Assembly: GCA_041946735.1 (NCBI GenBank)
Contig: JBHGAY010000017.1
Span: forward strand, 56,009-120,008
Source of the DNA: Candidatus Eiseniibacteriota bacterium
Lineage (GTDB): Bacteria; Eisenbacteria; RBG-16-71-46; CAIMUX01; VGJL01
Direction of reading: 5' to 3'
DNA length: 64,000 nt
The number at the start of each line of letters is the position of its first letter. Within the stretch, counting starts at the first letter, position 1. Below are positions 40,152 through 50,212 of the stretch, in pieces. The translations under genes and the position numbers were made by a program. The notes beneath the pieces were generated by a model. That model saw only the letters and a list, made by a program, of their open reading frames with translations, did not search any database and was not told where the DNA came from.

Positions 40152-41705
40152 TCAACGGATCCGCTGAGCGCGCACCGACGCGATCTCGCCGTCCGCCTCC
40201 ACCTGTAGGAAGTAGACCCCCGCCGGCACCGTCCGGCCGCCATCATCGCGCCCGTCCCACTCGAGGACATGCTCGCCCGCCGCCATCGACGCGTTCGCTC
40301 CGCTCAGAAGCGTGCGGACGAGGCGTCCCGCCGGGTCGACGACGGAGGCGCGCACCGCCGCCGGGCGCGGCAGGCCGAGCCGGAAGGCGGTGGCGGCGCG
40401 GAACGGGTTCTTCCCGGCGAGCGAGACGGAGAGGCGCGGGGAGGAGGCGGCATGGTCGAAGGCCCCGGCCGTGTCGGCGACGATCTTGTACACCTCGCCG
40501 TCCGTTCCGCTACCCCGGTCGACAATGTACATTTCGCCCGCGGAGTCCTCGGCGAAAGCGGAGATGCTGCCGATCGACTGCCCGCCGCCCGGCGCCAGCT
40601 CCGCCGTTCGCTCCGTCACCTCGGTCACGGTTTGTCCATCGTAGCGGAGCGTCCAGATCCGGTTGCTGCAGTAGTCGGCGAAGAAGTAGGCGCCGCGCAG
40701 CGAAGGGATGGCGACTCCGCGATAGACGACGCCCCCCGTGATCGAGCACCCGTCGGAGTGGCTGTACTCGTAGATCGGCCAGGTGATGCCGGTCGTGTCG
40801 CAGTCCTGGGAGGGCTCGTAGCAGTGGTGGCCCTCCGTGTTGTCCCAGCCATAGTTGACACCCCCGGTAGATCCGGCCGGCTCGAAGTCGATCTCCTCCC
40901 ATCTGTTCTGGCCGACGTCGGCGATCCAGAGATCGCCCGTCTCGCGGTCGAACGACCAGCGATACGGATTGCGCACGCCCAGATCCCAGATCTCGTCGAG
41001 AGGGAGTCCCGGCCCGGCGAACGGATTGTCCGGCGGGATCGAGTACGGAGGCTCACCGTCGACGTCGATGCGAAGGATCTTGCCGAGCAGGGAGCCGGGA
41101 TCCTGCGCGTTCTCCTCCGGGTCGCCGGCGCCCCCACCGTCCCCCATGCCGATGTACAGCATGCCGTCGGGACCGAAGAGGAGGGTGCCGCCGTTGTGGT
41201 TCGCATACGGCTGATCGATGGTCAGGATCGGCGTCCAGCTCAGCGGATCGGCGGCGTTCGGATCGGAGGAGACCGTGTAGCGCGCGATCACGGTGTCGCC
41301 GGAGAGGTTGATGTAGTCGACGAAGAACCAGCCGTTCGTCGCGTAGTCCGGATGGAAGGCAAGGCCGAGGAGGCCTCGCTCGTCGTTGCCCGAGATGTCC
41401 GGCACGAGGTCGTCGATATCGAGGAACGGGCTCGGGAGCAGCTGGCCGTTCTCGAGGATCCGGATGACTCCGCGCTGCTCGACGATGAAGAGCCGGCCGT
41501 CCCCCGGAGGAGAGATCGCGAAGACCGGGCGCGCGAGCCCCGAGGCGACCCGCACGGTTGTCGCCGCGCGGGCGGGGGCGGCGAAGCCGGCTGCGAGGGA
41601 GAGGGCGAGGGCGACGGCGACGGCGAGGACGAGGGTGGCGGCGGCGCTGACGCCGCCGAAGAAGCGGAGTGCCAGGCTGAGGGCGCGACTGTGGGTACGG
41701 TGCAT
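40152..41705 (-). CDS. PQQ-dependent sugar dehydrogenase (glucose/sorbosone family) with FlgD-like tail
   Basis: ERGLLGLAFHP, NHNGG, GKILRID, GVRNPYR and DVGQ motifs. Confidence 0.9.
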   Translation of the reverse strand: MHRTHSRALSLALRFFGGVSAAATLVLAVAVALALSLAAGFAAPARAATTVRVASGLARPVFAISPPGDGRLFIVEQRGVIRILENGQLLPSPFLDIDDLVPDISGNDERGLLGLAFHPDYATNGWFFVDYINLSGDTVIARYTVSSDPNAADPLSWTPILTIDQPYANHNGGTLLFGPDGMLYIGMGDGGGAGDPEENAQDPGSLLGKILRIDVDGEPPYSIPPDNPFAGPGLPLDEIWDLGVRNPYRWSFDRETGDLWIADVGQNRWEEIDFEPAGSTGGVNYGWDNTEGHHCYEPSQDCDTTGITWPIYEYSHSDGCSITGGVVYRGVAIPSLRGAYFFADYCSNRIWTLRYDGQTVTEVTERTAELAPGGGQSIGSISAFAEDSAGEMYIVDRGSGTDGEVYKIVADTAGAFDHAASSPRLSVSLAGKNPFRAATAFRLGLPRPAAVRASVVDPAGRLVRTLLSGANASMAAGEHVLEWDGRDDGGRTVPAGVYFLQVEADGEIASVRAQRIR

Positions 41706-41918
41706 CTCTCGGTCCTCCTGTGCGCGGCGACCCGAGAGCGTAGCAGAGGGATCGCGCTTTCCGGCCCCCGGTCGAAGTGCTACGATCTCCCGTTTCGCGA
41801 ACGACGCCGTCGCGCGACCGCGCCCACCGCGGCGACGCTCCCTCGACCGGCTCCACGGCACCCCGAGGAACCGATCGGTCCTTATATAGGACGAATCACC
41901 AGGAAGGAGTCGAAGACG

Positions 41919-44870
41919 ATGAAGCTTCTCTTGACGCGCCTCTCGATCGGGGCGGCGCTGTTGGCCGGCCTGCTCGGTCCTGCAGGCGCTTTCGCGCCGC
42001 CGGAAGCGCGCACGGTCGCTCCCATTCCGCGGCCCGGGTCGCAGGCGGCCCCGCAATGGCGGACGGAGAGCCTGAGCGCCGCGCGCCACCCGGCCGCCGC
42101 ACTGTTCGAGGAGCGCTCGGGTGGCCGCTGGCGCTACCAGTGGAACACCCTCACCGGCACGCCGCACGCCGTGTACGGGCCGGGGTATGCGAGCGGCCTC
42201 TCCTCGATCGGGACCGCCGAGGAGGCGGAGGCGGCCGCGCGCCGGTTCCTCGCGGAGAACCAGGACCTGCTGCGGGTCGATCCCACCCAGATGGAGCTGT
42301 TCTCGGCGCGGGGCGGCCTCGGCAAATACGGTGTCGTGTTCCGGCAGCGCTACCACGGAGTCGAGGTCGAAGAAGCCCGCGCGAAGGTCCTCCTGACCGA
42401 GAAGGGGATCGTCTCGTTCTTCGGCAGCGACTGGTATCCGGACATCGCGATCTCGACCTCTCCGTCGCTCGGCGAAGGGGTGGCGCGAGACATCGCGGGG
42501 CGGGCGATCGGCTTCGTCCCCGGGCGCGACAAGGACGAGGGCGCCGAGCTGCGGATTCTTCCGGTGCCCGCCGGGGAGGCGTCGCTGGACTACCGGCTGG
42601 TCTGGAAGGTCCGCCAGGAGATCGCCGATCCCTATGCGATCTGGGTCTCCTACGTCGACGCCCGCGACGGCCGGATTCTCTGGCGCTACGACGACGTCCA
42701 CTACGTCAACGTGGTCGGCACGACCGACGGCGACGTCGAGGACTTCGGGTACTGCTACGGCGAGCAGCCGCGCGTGCTCCCCCACATGAAGGTGAACGTC
42801 ACGGGCGGCGGAAACGGCTACTCCGACGCGAACGGCAACTTCACGATCGCCAACGCGGGGTCCGACCCGGTCACCGTCACCGCGCAACTCGACGGCCGGT
42901 GGATCAACGTCAACGACGTGCTCGACGGCGATGGAACGTACAGCGGGACGGCGATCCCGGGCGTGCCGTTCGATTTCCACTGGACCGACAACGACGAGAA
43001 CGACGCGGCGCGGGACATCTATCTCCACGGCAACCGGATCCATGACATCATGAAGCTCTATGATCCTGGATTCACGGGACCGGACTACCGGATGAGCGCG
43101 AACGCGAACATCGCCTCCACCTGCAACGCCTTCTGGAACGGCAGCTCGATCAACTTCTACCGCGCGGGCGGCGGCTGCGCGAACACCGGCCAGATGGGAG
43201 ACGTGATCTATCACGAATACGGCCACGGGATCACGCAGTGGATCTACGGCTACAACCCCGACGACGTCGGAGAGGGCAACTCCGATATCGCCGCCCTGTT
43301 GATCGACGGCAATCCGATCGTCGGCGAAGGGTTCTACCAGGACAACTGCGTCACCGGGATCCGGACCGCCGACAACGACATGCGCTACCCGGACGATTAC
43401 GCGCCGGGAGACATTCACGGCAACGGGCAGATCGTCTCCGGGTTCTGGTGGGATGCGCGCGAGAGGCTCGTTCCCCAGATCGGCGAGGAGGCGACGCGCG
43501 ACCTGCTCTGGACGAATTGGCATTTCGGGCGCGTGGCTCTCCAGCCCCTCTCGATGCCGGATCAGATCCTCACGGCGTTCCTGATGGACGACGACGACGG
43601 AGACCTCACCAACGGGACGCCGAACTATTACGCCTACTGCCCGGCCGCCGAGCATCACGGCTTCGACACCCCGGCGCCGGCGGGCGTCGTGCAGATCGAT
43701 CACCTGCCGCTGCACAATCAGGTGTACGACGGCAATCCGGAGACCGTGGTCGCCATCGTGACGGCGTCGGGCAACCCGATCGATCCGTCGAGCGTGCAGC
43801 TGCAGTACAGGGTCGACGATGGCGGTCCGGTGCTGGTGGCGATGCTTCCGACCGGCAACCCCGATGAATACGCGGCGCAGATCCCCGCGCTGCCGGTCGG
43901 ACGTCACGTCGACTACACGATGACCGCGTCCGACGTGCTCGGAAACGGCGGGGCGTATCCGCCGTCCTCCTGCACTCCCGACGAGCCGAACGGGGCGGTG
44001 CGCTACTACGTCGCCACGTCGGTCGAGGAGATGGAGGCCGATTCGGGCTGGACGGTCGGCTCCCCGCAGGACGACGCGACGACCGGAATCTGGACGCGCG
44101 TCGATCCCAACGGCACCCCCGCGCAGCCGGAAGACGACGTCACTGCCGCTCCCGGCGTCATGGCGTGGGTGACGGGCCAGGGATCTCCGGGCGGACAGGT
44201 CGGCGAACAGGACATCGACGGCGGACTGACGACGCTGACGAGCCCGGCGTACGACCTAAGCGGGGCGACGAGCGCCAAGGTCGTCTACTACCGCTGGTAT
44301 TCCAACGACAAGGGGGCCGACCCCGGCAACGACTTCTGGGTCGTCGACGCCTCCAACGACAACGGCGCGAACTGGACGAACGTCGAGAACACCCGCGTCT
44401 CCTTCACCTGGACGCCGAACGAGGTCGACCTCAACGCTCTCTTCGGGCAGACCGGGACCGTCCGGTTCCGATTCCTTGCGAGCGACGAGGGAGCCGGTTC
44501 CGTCGTCGAAGCGGCGCTCGATGAGTTCCTGGTGTTCGTCGATTACGCGCTCGACGCGCCCGAGCCCACCGCCGGCGGCGTCTCCTCGTTGCGCTTCGCC
44601 TTCCCGCCGGCGCATCCGAACCCCTCGGCCGGCGCGACGGAGGTCTCCTTCGAGATCCCGGCCGCCGCTCCGGTCACCGTCCGGATCCACGACGTCTCGG
44701 GCAAGCTCGTCCGTTCGCTGAGCGACGGCGCGTCGTTCTCCGCGGGCCAGAACGTCCTCTCCTGGGATGGCAAGGACGGATCGGGACGCGATCTCCCGTC
44801 CGGGGTCTACTACGCGAAGCTCGTGACGCGAGGATTCCAGGCGAGCCGGCCGATCATCTTGACTCGCTAG
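41919..44870 (+). CDS. Secreted M4/M36-like zinc metalloprotease (FTP/PepSY propeptide) with FlgD-like tail
   Basis: Signal peptide, FRQRYHGVEV, YVDARDGRIL, CNAFWNG and HEYGH...EGNSD motifs; AAGGAG RBS. Confidence 0.85.
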   Translation: MKLLLTRLSIGAALLAGLLGPAGAFAPPEARTVAPIPRPGSQAAPQWRTESLSAARHPAAALFEERSGGRWRYQWNTLTGTPHAVYGPGYASGLSSIGTAEEAEAAARRFLAENQDLLRVDPTQMELFSARGGLGKYGVVFRQRYHGVEVEEARAKVLLTEKGIVSFFGSDWYPDIAISTSPSLGEGVARDIAGRAIGFVPGRDKDEGAELRILPVPAGEASLDYRLVWKVRQEIADPYAIWVSYVDARDGRILWRYDDVHYVNVVGTTDGDVEDFGYCYGEQPRVLPHMKVNVTGGGNGYSDANGNFTIANAGSDPVTVTAQLDGRWINVNDVLDGDGTYSGTAIPGVPFDFHWTDNDENDAARDIYLHGNRIHDIMKLYDPGFTGPDYRMSANANIASTCNAFWNGSSINFYRAGGGCANTGQMGDVIYHEYGHGITQWIYGYNPDDVGEGNSDIAALLIDGNPIVGEGFYQDNCVTGIRTADNDMRYPDDYAPGDIHGNGQIVSGFWWDARERLVPQIGEEATRDLLWTNWHFGRVALQPLSMPDQILTAFLMDDDDGDLTNGTPNYYAYCPAAEHHGFDTPAPAGVVQIDHLPLHNQVYDGNPETVVAIVTASGNPIDPSSVQLQYRVDDGGPVLVAMLPTGNPDEYAAQIPALPVGRHVDYTMTASDVLGNGGAYPPSSCTPDEPNGAVRYYVATSVEEMEADSGWTVGSPQDDATTGIWTRVDPNGTPAQPEDDVTAAPGVMAWVTGQGSPGGQVGEQDIDGGLTTLTSPAYDLSGATSAKVVYYRWYSNDKGADPGNDFWVVDASNDNGANWTNVENTRVSFTWTPNEVDLNALFGQTGTVRFRFLASDEGAGSVVEAALDEFLVFVDYALDAPEPTAGGVSSLRFAFPPAHPNPSAGATEVSFEIPAAAPVTVRIHDVSGKLVRSLSDGASFSAGQNVLSWDGKDGSGRDLPSGVYYAKLVTRGFQASRPIILTR

Positions 44871-45020
44871 ACGACACGGGCGCCGCGGCCGGTTGCCCGG
44901 ACCGATCGGCGCTGCTACGATCCAATGTTCTCGGGATGGGGCCCGCCGGAATCGACGGGCCCTATCCATGAAGGGGCGCTCTCGAAGGAGCGCGCATCCG
45001 GAAACGGGAGGGGAGGGCTC

Positions 45021-46412
45021 ATGGCCGCCAGCGTGGAGAAGTCGTACGACCTGATCGTGATCGGGAGCGGACCGGGCGGGTACTCCGCCGCGATCCGCGC
45101 CTCGCAGCTCGGCATGAAGACCGCGATCGTCGAGGAGGCCGAGCTGGGCGGGATCTGCCTCAACTGGGGCTGCATCCCAACGAAGGCGCTTCTCCGTTCG
45201 GCGGAGCTGTACCAGGTCCTCCGGCACGCGAAGGATTATGGGCTGTCGGCGCCCGAGGCCGGCTTCGACTGGGGCCGCGTCATCCAGCGCAGTCGCGACG
45301 TCGCGTCTCGCATGAACAAGGGCGTCTCCTTCCTCATGAAGAAGAACGGCATCGACGTCCACCCGGTGCGCGGGAAGCTCGGCGACGCGCAAGGCACCGT
45401 CCTTGCGGGAGAGCAGACGCTGCGCGGGAAGCAGGTGATGGTGGCGACCGGCGGCCGCGCGCGCGGGATCCCCGGCGTGACGATCGACGGTGAGCGGATC
45501 CTGACGTACCGGCAGGCGATGACCCTCTCCGCACGTCCGGAGAGGATCGTCATCATCGGGGCCGGAGCGATCGGGGTCGAGTTCGCCTACTTCTTCAATT
45601 CGTTCGGGACGCGCGTGACCTTGATCGAGATGCTGCCGCACCTCCTTCCGATCGAGGACGAGGAGATCTCGAAAGAGCTCGAGCGTTCCTTCTCGAAGCA
45701 GGGGATCGCGATTCGCACCGCCACCCGCGTGCAGTCGCTCGCTCGGGACGGCGATATTGTTCGCGCGGCGGTCGCCGGCCCGAAGGGGGAGGAGACGATC
45801 GAGGCGGACGTGGCTCTCGTCGCGATCGGCGTCCAGGGAAACGTCGAGGAGATCGGGCTCGAGAAGGCGGGGGTACACGCGGAGCGGGGGAGGATTCTCG
45901 TCGACGCGCATCTGCGGACCAACGTGCCGGGGATCGTCGCGATCGGGGACGTGATCGGACCTCCGCTGCTCGCGCACGTCGCCGTCGCCGAGGGGATCCA
46001 CGCGGTGGAGACGATCGCCGGGATCGAGCGCAAGCCGATCGACTACCGCAAGGTGCCCGGTTGCACCTACTGCCAGCCGCAGGTCGCGAGCATCGGCCTG
46101 ACCGAGAAGGCGGCGCAGGAGAGGGGCTACGAATTCAAGGTGGGGCGATTCCCCGTCCGGGCGAGCGGCAAGGCGGTCGCGCTCGGCGAGACGGAGGGGA
46201 TCGGCAAGGTCCTCGTCGGGCCGTACGGGGAACTGCTCGGGGTCCACATGATCGGGCCCGAGGCGACGGAAGTGATCGCCGAGGCTTCGCTGGCGATGGC
46301 GAGCGAAGCGACGGCAGGAACGATCCTCGAAACGATCCACGCGCACCCCACGATGGCAGAGACGATTCTCGAGGCGACGGCGAATGCCCTTGGCGAAGCG
46401 ATCAACATCTGA
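45021..46412 (+). CDS. lpdA: Dihydrolipoyl dehydrogenase (E3)
   Basis: GSGPGG, GGICLNWGCIPTK, GAGAIG and HAHPT motifs. Confidence 0.95.
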   Translation: MAASVEKSYDLIVIGSGPGGYSAAIRASQLGMKTAIVEEAELGGICLNWGCIPTKALLRSAELYQVLRHAKDYGLSAPEAGFDWGRVIQRSRDVASRMNKGVSFLMKKNGIDVHPVRGKLGDAQGTVLAGEQTLRGKQVMVATGGRARGIPGVTIDGERILTYRQAMTLSARPERIVIIGAGAIGVEFAYFFNSFGTRVTLIEMLPHLLPIEDEEISKELERSFSKQGIAIRTATRVQSLARDGDIVRAAVAGPKGEETIEADVALVAIGVQGNVEEIGLEKAGVHAERGRILVDAHLRTNVPGIVAIGDVIGPPLLAHVAVAEGIHAVETIAGIERKPIDYRKVPGCTYCQPQVASIGLTEKAAQERGYEFKVGRFPVRASGKAVALGETEGIGKVLVGPYGELLGVHMIGPEATEVIAEASLAMASEATAGTILETIHAHPTMAETILEATANALGEAINI

Positions 46413-47100
46413 CGCGTCCCGGAAGCTCGCTCCGGTCCGCTGGAGCTGGCTTCCCGGCCATCCATCCTATGAGCCGGTGTGGCGACTGCAGGAGGATCTG
46501 CAGCGCCGGCGGATCGATGGCGAGATCGACGATACGATCCTGCTTCTCGAGCACGCGCCGGTCGTGACGGTCGGGCGCAATGGAAGCGAGGGAAACCTGC
46601 TTGCCCCGGAGCCGCTCCTGCGGGCCCGGGGGATCGAGCTGGTGCACACCGACCGGGGAGGAGACGTCACCTACCACGGTCCAGGCCAGCTCGTCGGCTA
46701 CCTGATCGTCGACCTGCGGCGGCTCCATCACGACGTCCATCGCTTCCTGCGCGAGATCGAGGAAGGGCTGATCCGCACGCTGGCGCGTTGGGGAATCGAG
46801 TCGGGACGGATCGCGGGGAAGACGGGGGTCTGGATCGGCGAGGAGAAGATCGCGTCGATCGGACTGCGCGCGAGCCATTGGGTGACGATGCACGGCTTCG
46901 CGCTGAACGTCGCGCGCGACGTCTCGGGGTTCGACGTGATCGTGCCATGCGGTATCCCCGGCTGCAGGATGACGTCGATGGAGCGGATCCTCGACCGTCC
47001 CGTCGACATCGACGAGGTCGGCGAGGCGGCGATCGAGGAGCTGGCGAAGCTCTGGGGGCGGCGGCCGGTCCGAGAGGAGAGGGATCGATGGCCCAGCTGA
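46384..47100 (+). CDS. lipB: Octanoyltransferase
   Basis: LLEHAPV, RGGDVTYHGPGQ, KIASIG, HGFALN and PCG motifs. Start position uncertain. Confidence 0.92.
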   Translation: MPLAKRSTSDASRKLAPVRWSWLPGHPSYEPVWRLQEDLQRRRIDGEIDDTILLLEHAPVVTVGRNGSEGNLLAPEPLLRARGIELVHTDRGGDVTYHGPGQLVGYLIVDLRRLHHDVHRFLREIEEGLIRTLARWGIESGRIAGKTGVWIGEEKIASIGLRASHWVTMHGFALNVARDVSGFDVIVPCGIPGCRMTSMERILDRPVDIDEVGEAAIEELAKLWGRRPVREERDRWPS

Positions 47101-49193
47101 GGAGCGGCAAGTCCGGCAAGGGCGCGCCGAAGCGGACGAAGAAGGTCGAGCGCGAAGCCGCTGCCGTCGAGCCGTCCGGATCGGGCAACGGGATCGCGCC
47201 GGGAATCGACCTCCTGTCGGCGTACCGGACGATGCTCCTGACCCGCCGGCTCGACGAGAAGATGCTGATCCTCCTGAAGCAGGGGAAGAGCTTCTTCCAC
47301 ATCGGGGCCAGCGGTCACGAAGCGTCGCAAATCGCGGCTGCGGCGCACATGGTCCCCGAGAAGGACTGGTCCTACCCGTACTATCGCGACCTCGCCTTCT
47401 GCCTGCAGATCGGGATGACCGCCGAGGAGGTGCTGCTCTCCTTCCTGGCGCGCGAGGAGGATCCCAACAGCGGAGGCCGGCAGATGCCGGCGCACTACGG
47501 CCACCGCCGCCTGCGGATCGTCTCGCAGTCGAGTCCGACCGGCTCGCAGTTCCTGCAAGCGGTCGGCTGCGCGCTCGGGTCGAAGCTCGAAGGGACCGAC
47601 GAGGTCGTCTACGTCTCGGCGGGCGAGGGGACGACGAGCCAGGGGGATTTCCACGAGGCGCTGAACTGGGCGAGCCGCGAGAAGCTTCCGGTCCTCTTCC
47701 ACGTCGAGGACAACAAGTACGCGATCAGCGTCCACATCTCGCAGCAGACGACCGCAACGATCTACGACCTCTGTGGCGGATACGTGGGCCTGCGCCGCTA
47801 CGCGGTCGACGGAACCGACCTGCTCGCCTGCGACCGGGTGATGCAGGAGGCGATCGCCGGATGCCGGGCGGGCGCGGGGCCTGCCTTGGTCGTCGCCGAC
47901 GTCGTCCGCCTGCTTCCCCACTCCTCGAGCGACAACCAGGCGAAGTACCGCTCGAAGGAGGAGCTGGAGGCGGACCGCTCCCGCGATCCGCTCCCGCGCC
48001 TCGAGTCGCTTCTGCTCGAGCGAGGCCTCGCGACGGCCGGCGATCTCGAGCGCCTCCGCGACGAGACGCGGCGGAAGGTCGACGAAGCGGCCGACTGGGC
48101 CGACTCGCGCCCGCATCCCGATCCCCGGACGGCCACGCTGCACGTCTGGTCGCATCCGGTCTACGAGCCTCCCGAAGGGGCGCGCGAGACGCCGCACGGC
48201 ACCGGGGACACGATCGTCCTCGTCGATGCGATCAACCACGCCCTCGTCGAGGAGATGGCGCGCAACCCGAAGATCGTCGTTTACGGGGAGGACGTCGAGG
48301 ACTACAAGGGGGGCGTCTTCACGGCGACCACCGGCCTCTCGGTCCGCTACGGGCGCGACCGGGTCTTCAACTCTCCGCTCGCTGAGTCGAGCATCGTCGG
48401 CACGGCGGTCGGGCTCGCGTCTCGCGGCTTCCGCCCGGTCGTCGAGATCCAGTTCGGCGACTACATCTGGCCGGCGATGAACCAGCTTCGCAACGAGCTG
48501 GCGACCATGCGCTACCGCTCCGCCGGCCACTGGAGCGCCCCGGTCGTCGTCCGCGTCCCGGTCGGCGGCTACATCCACGGCGCCTTGTACCATTCGCAGA
48601 ACATAGAGGCGACGTTCGCGCATTTCCCGGGCCTGTACGTTACCTATCCCTCGAACGCGTCCGACGCGAAGGGGCTGCTGAAGAGCGCGATTCGCGGCGA
48701 CGATCCGGTCCTCTTCCTGGAACACAAGGGACTGTACCGGCAGGTCTACGCGGCGGCGCCCGAGCCGGACGCCGAGTTCCTCCTCCCGTTCGGGAAGGCG
48801 CGCGTGGCGCGGCAGGGGAGCGACATTACGATCGTCACCTACGGCGCGCTCGTGAAGCGCTCGCTGGACGCCGCCTCCAAGATGGAGGCGCAGGGGGTCT
48901 CGGTCGAGGTGATCGACCTGCGGACACTGATCCCCTGGGATCGCGAAACGGTCCTCGCCAGCGTCCGCAAGACCGGGCGCCTGCTGGTCGCCCATGAGGA
49001 CATCGTGACCGGTGGGTTCGGAGCGGAAGTGGCGGCGGCGGTGGCGCGCGAGGGCTTCGAGTTCCTCGATGCTCCGATCCTCCGCGTGGGCGCGGCCGAT
49101 TCCCCGATCCCGTTCAACTGGTTCCTCGAAGCGGAGGTGCTCCCGCAGGAATCGCACCTCCTCGCCGCGCTTCAGGATCTGGCGGAGTACTGA
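47088..49193 (+). CDS. Fused E1 alpha/beta 2-oxoacid dehydrogenase (probably branched-chain type)
   Basis: GEG...N TPP motif, HSSSD, GEDV...GGVF, EIQFGDY and HSQ motifs. Confidence 0.9.
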   Translation: MAQLRSGKSGKGAPKRTKKVEREAAAVEPSGSGNGIAPGIDLLSAYRTMLLTRRLDEKMLILLKQGKSFFHIGASGHEASQIAAAAHMVPEKDWSYPYYRDLAFCLQIGMTAEEVLLSFLAREEDPNSGGRQMPAHYGHRRLRIVSQSSPTGSQFLQAVGCALGSKLEGTDEVVYVSAGEGTTSQGDFHEALNWASREKLPVLFHVEDNKYAISVHISQQTTATIYDLCGGYVGLRRYAVDGTDLLACDRVMQEAIAGCRAGAGPALVVADVVRLLPHSSSDNQAKYRSKEELEADRSRDPLPRLESLLLERGLATAGDLERLRDETRRKVDEAADWADSRPHPDPRTATLHVWSHPVYEPPEGARETPHGTGDTIVLVDAINHALVEEMARNPKIVVYGEDVEDYKGGVFTATTGLSVRYGRDRVFNSPLAESSIVGTAVGLASRGFRPVVEIQFGDYIWPAMNQLRNELATMRYRSAGHWSAPVVVRVPVGGYIHGALYHSQNIEATFAHFPGLYVTYPSNASDAKGLLKSAIRGDDPVLFLEHKGLYRQVYAAAPEPDAEFLLPFGKARVARQGSDITIVTYGALVKRSLDAASKMEAQGVSVEVIDLRTLIPWDRETVLASVRKTGRLLVAHEDIVTGGFGAEVAAAVAREGFEFLDAPILRVGAADSPIPFNWFLEAEVLPQESHLLAALQDLAEY

Positions 49194-50212
49194 TGGCGGC
49201 CCCGGCGTCCTCTTCCTCTTCGGGCCGGACGCTCGCCACCTACGACCGCCCCTTCCTCGAACGGATCGCCGCGCTCCTGGCGTTGAACCGCGCTTTCGAT
49301 GACCGCGTCACCGCGCTCTACCGCCGCGGGCTCATCCCGGGCGGGGCCTACGGCAGCCGGGGCCAGGAGGCGACGAGCGTCGGCAGCACGCTCGCTCTCG
49401 AGCCGGGCGACGTGATCGGCCCGATGATCCGCAACTCCGGCGCGATCCTCGCGCGCGGCGTCCCACCCGGCCCCTTCCTCGCGAACTTCCTCGGCCGCGT
49501 CGGCGGCATGACCCGGGGCCGCGACGGCAACACGCATTTCGCCGACCTCTCCCGCGGGATCCTGGGGCCGATCAGCATGCTCGGCGCGCTGGTGTCCGCC
49601 TGCGCGGGGGTCGCCCTCGCGTTCCGCATGCGCGGGGAGAAGCGGGTCGCGCTGACCTGGATCGGAGACGGCGGATCGAGCACCGGGGACTTCCACGAAG
49701 GGCTGAACTTCGCCGCCGTGCTCGATCTCCCGCTCGTCGTGATCGTGGAGAACAACGGCTACGCCTACTCGACCCCGGTCGAGCGCCAGTGCCGCGTCGC
49801 CTCGTTCGCCGACAAGGCGGCCGGCTACGGGATCCCGGGCACGAGCGTCGACGGCAACGATCCGCTCGCAGTCTACGAGGCGACGCGGGAGGCGGTCGCG
49901 CGAGCCCGCGAGGGGGGCGGACCGAGCTTGATCGAGGCGGTCACCTTCCGCATGCGAGGCCACGCGGAGCACGACGACGCCTGGTACGTCCCACGTGAGT
50001 TGCGCGAGGCATGGGAGGCTCGCGATCCGCTCCGCCTGTTCCGGGCCCGCCTGATCGAGGAGGGGATCCTGGACGAAGCGCAGTACGCGGCGATCGAGGC
50101 GCAGGCGGAGGAGCAGATGCGGGAGGCGGAGGCCTTCGCGCTCGCTTCTCCCGAGCCGGATCCGGCCGATGCGCTACGCGGGCTCTACGCGGGCGAGGAG
50201 GATCGCCCGTGA
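49193..50212 (+). CDS. 2-oxoacid dehydrogenase E1 alpha subunit
   Basis: GQEA, GDGGSSTGDFHEGLNFA...ENN and RMRGHAEHD motifs. Confidence 0.9.
   Translation: MAAPASSSSSGRTLATYDRPFLERIAALLALNRAFDDRVTALYRRGLIPGGAYGSRGQEATSVGSTLALEPGDVIGPMIRNSGAILARGVPPGPFLANFLGRVGGMTRGRDGNTHFADLSRGILGPISMLGALVSACAGVALAFRMRGEKRVALTWIGDGGSSTGDFHEGLNFAAVLDLPLVVIVENNGYAYSTPVERQCRVASFADKAAGYGIPGTSVDGNDPLAVYEATREAVARAREGGGPSLIEAVTFRMRGHAEHDDAWYVPRELREAWEARDPLRLFRARLIEEGILDEAQYAAIEAQAEEQMREAEAFALASPEPDPADALRGLYAGEEDRP

Noticed and set aside
979..40270. Long antisense or alternative-frame ORFs (e.g. 979..3459 +, 8175..10094 +, 23015..25303 -, 37343..40270 -)
   Set aside because: Shadow ORFs of real genes caused by high GC3; no motifs.
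19608..44870. Apparent giant N-terminal extensions of nadE (to 23162), C25 (to 35855), the PQQ enzyme (to 43907) and M4/M36 (from 40269)
   Set aside because: The extensions overlap genuine genes in other frames or strands; internal starts with an RBS or signal peptide fit better.
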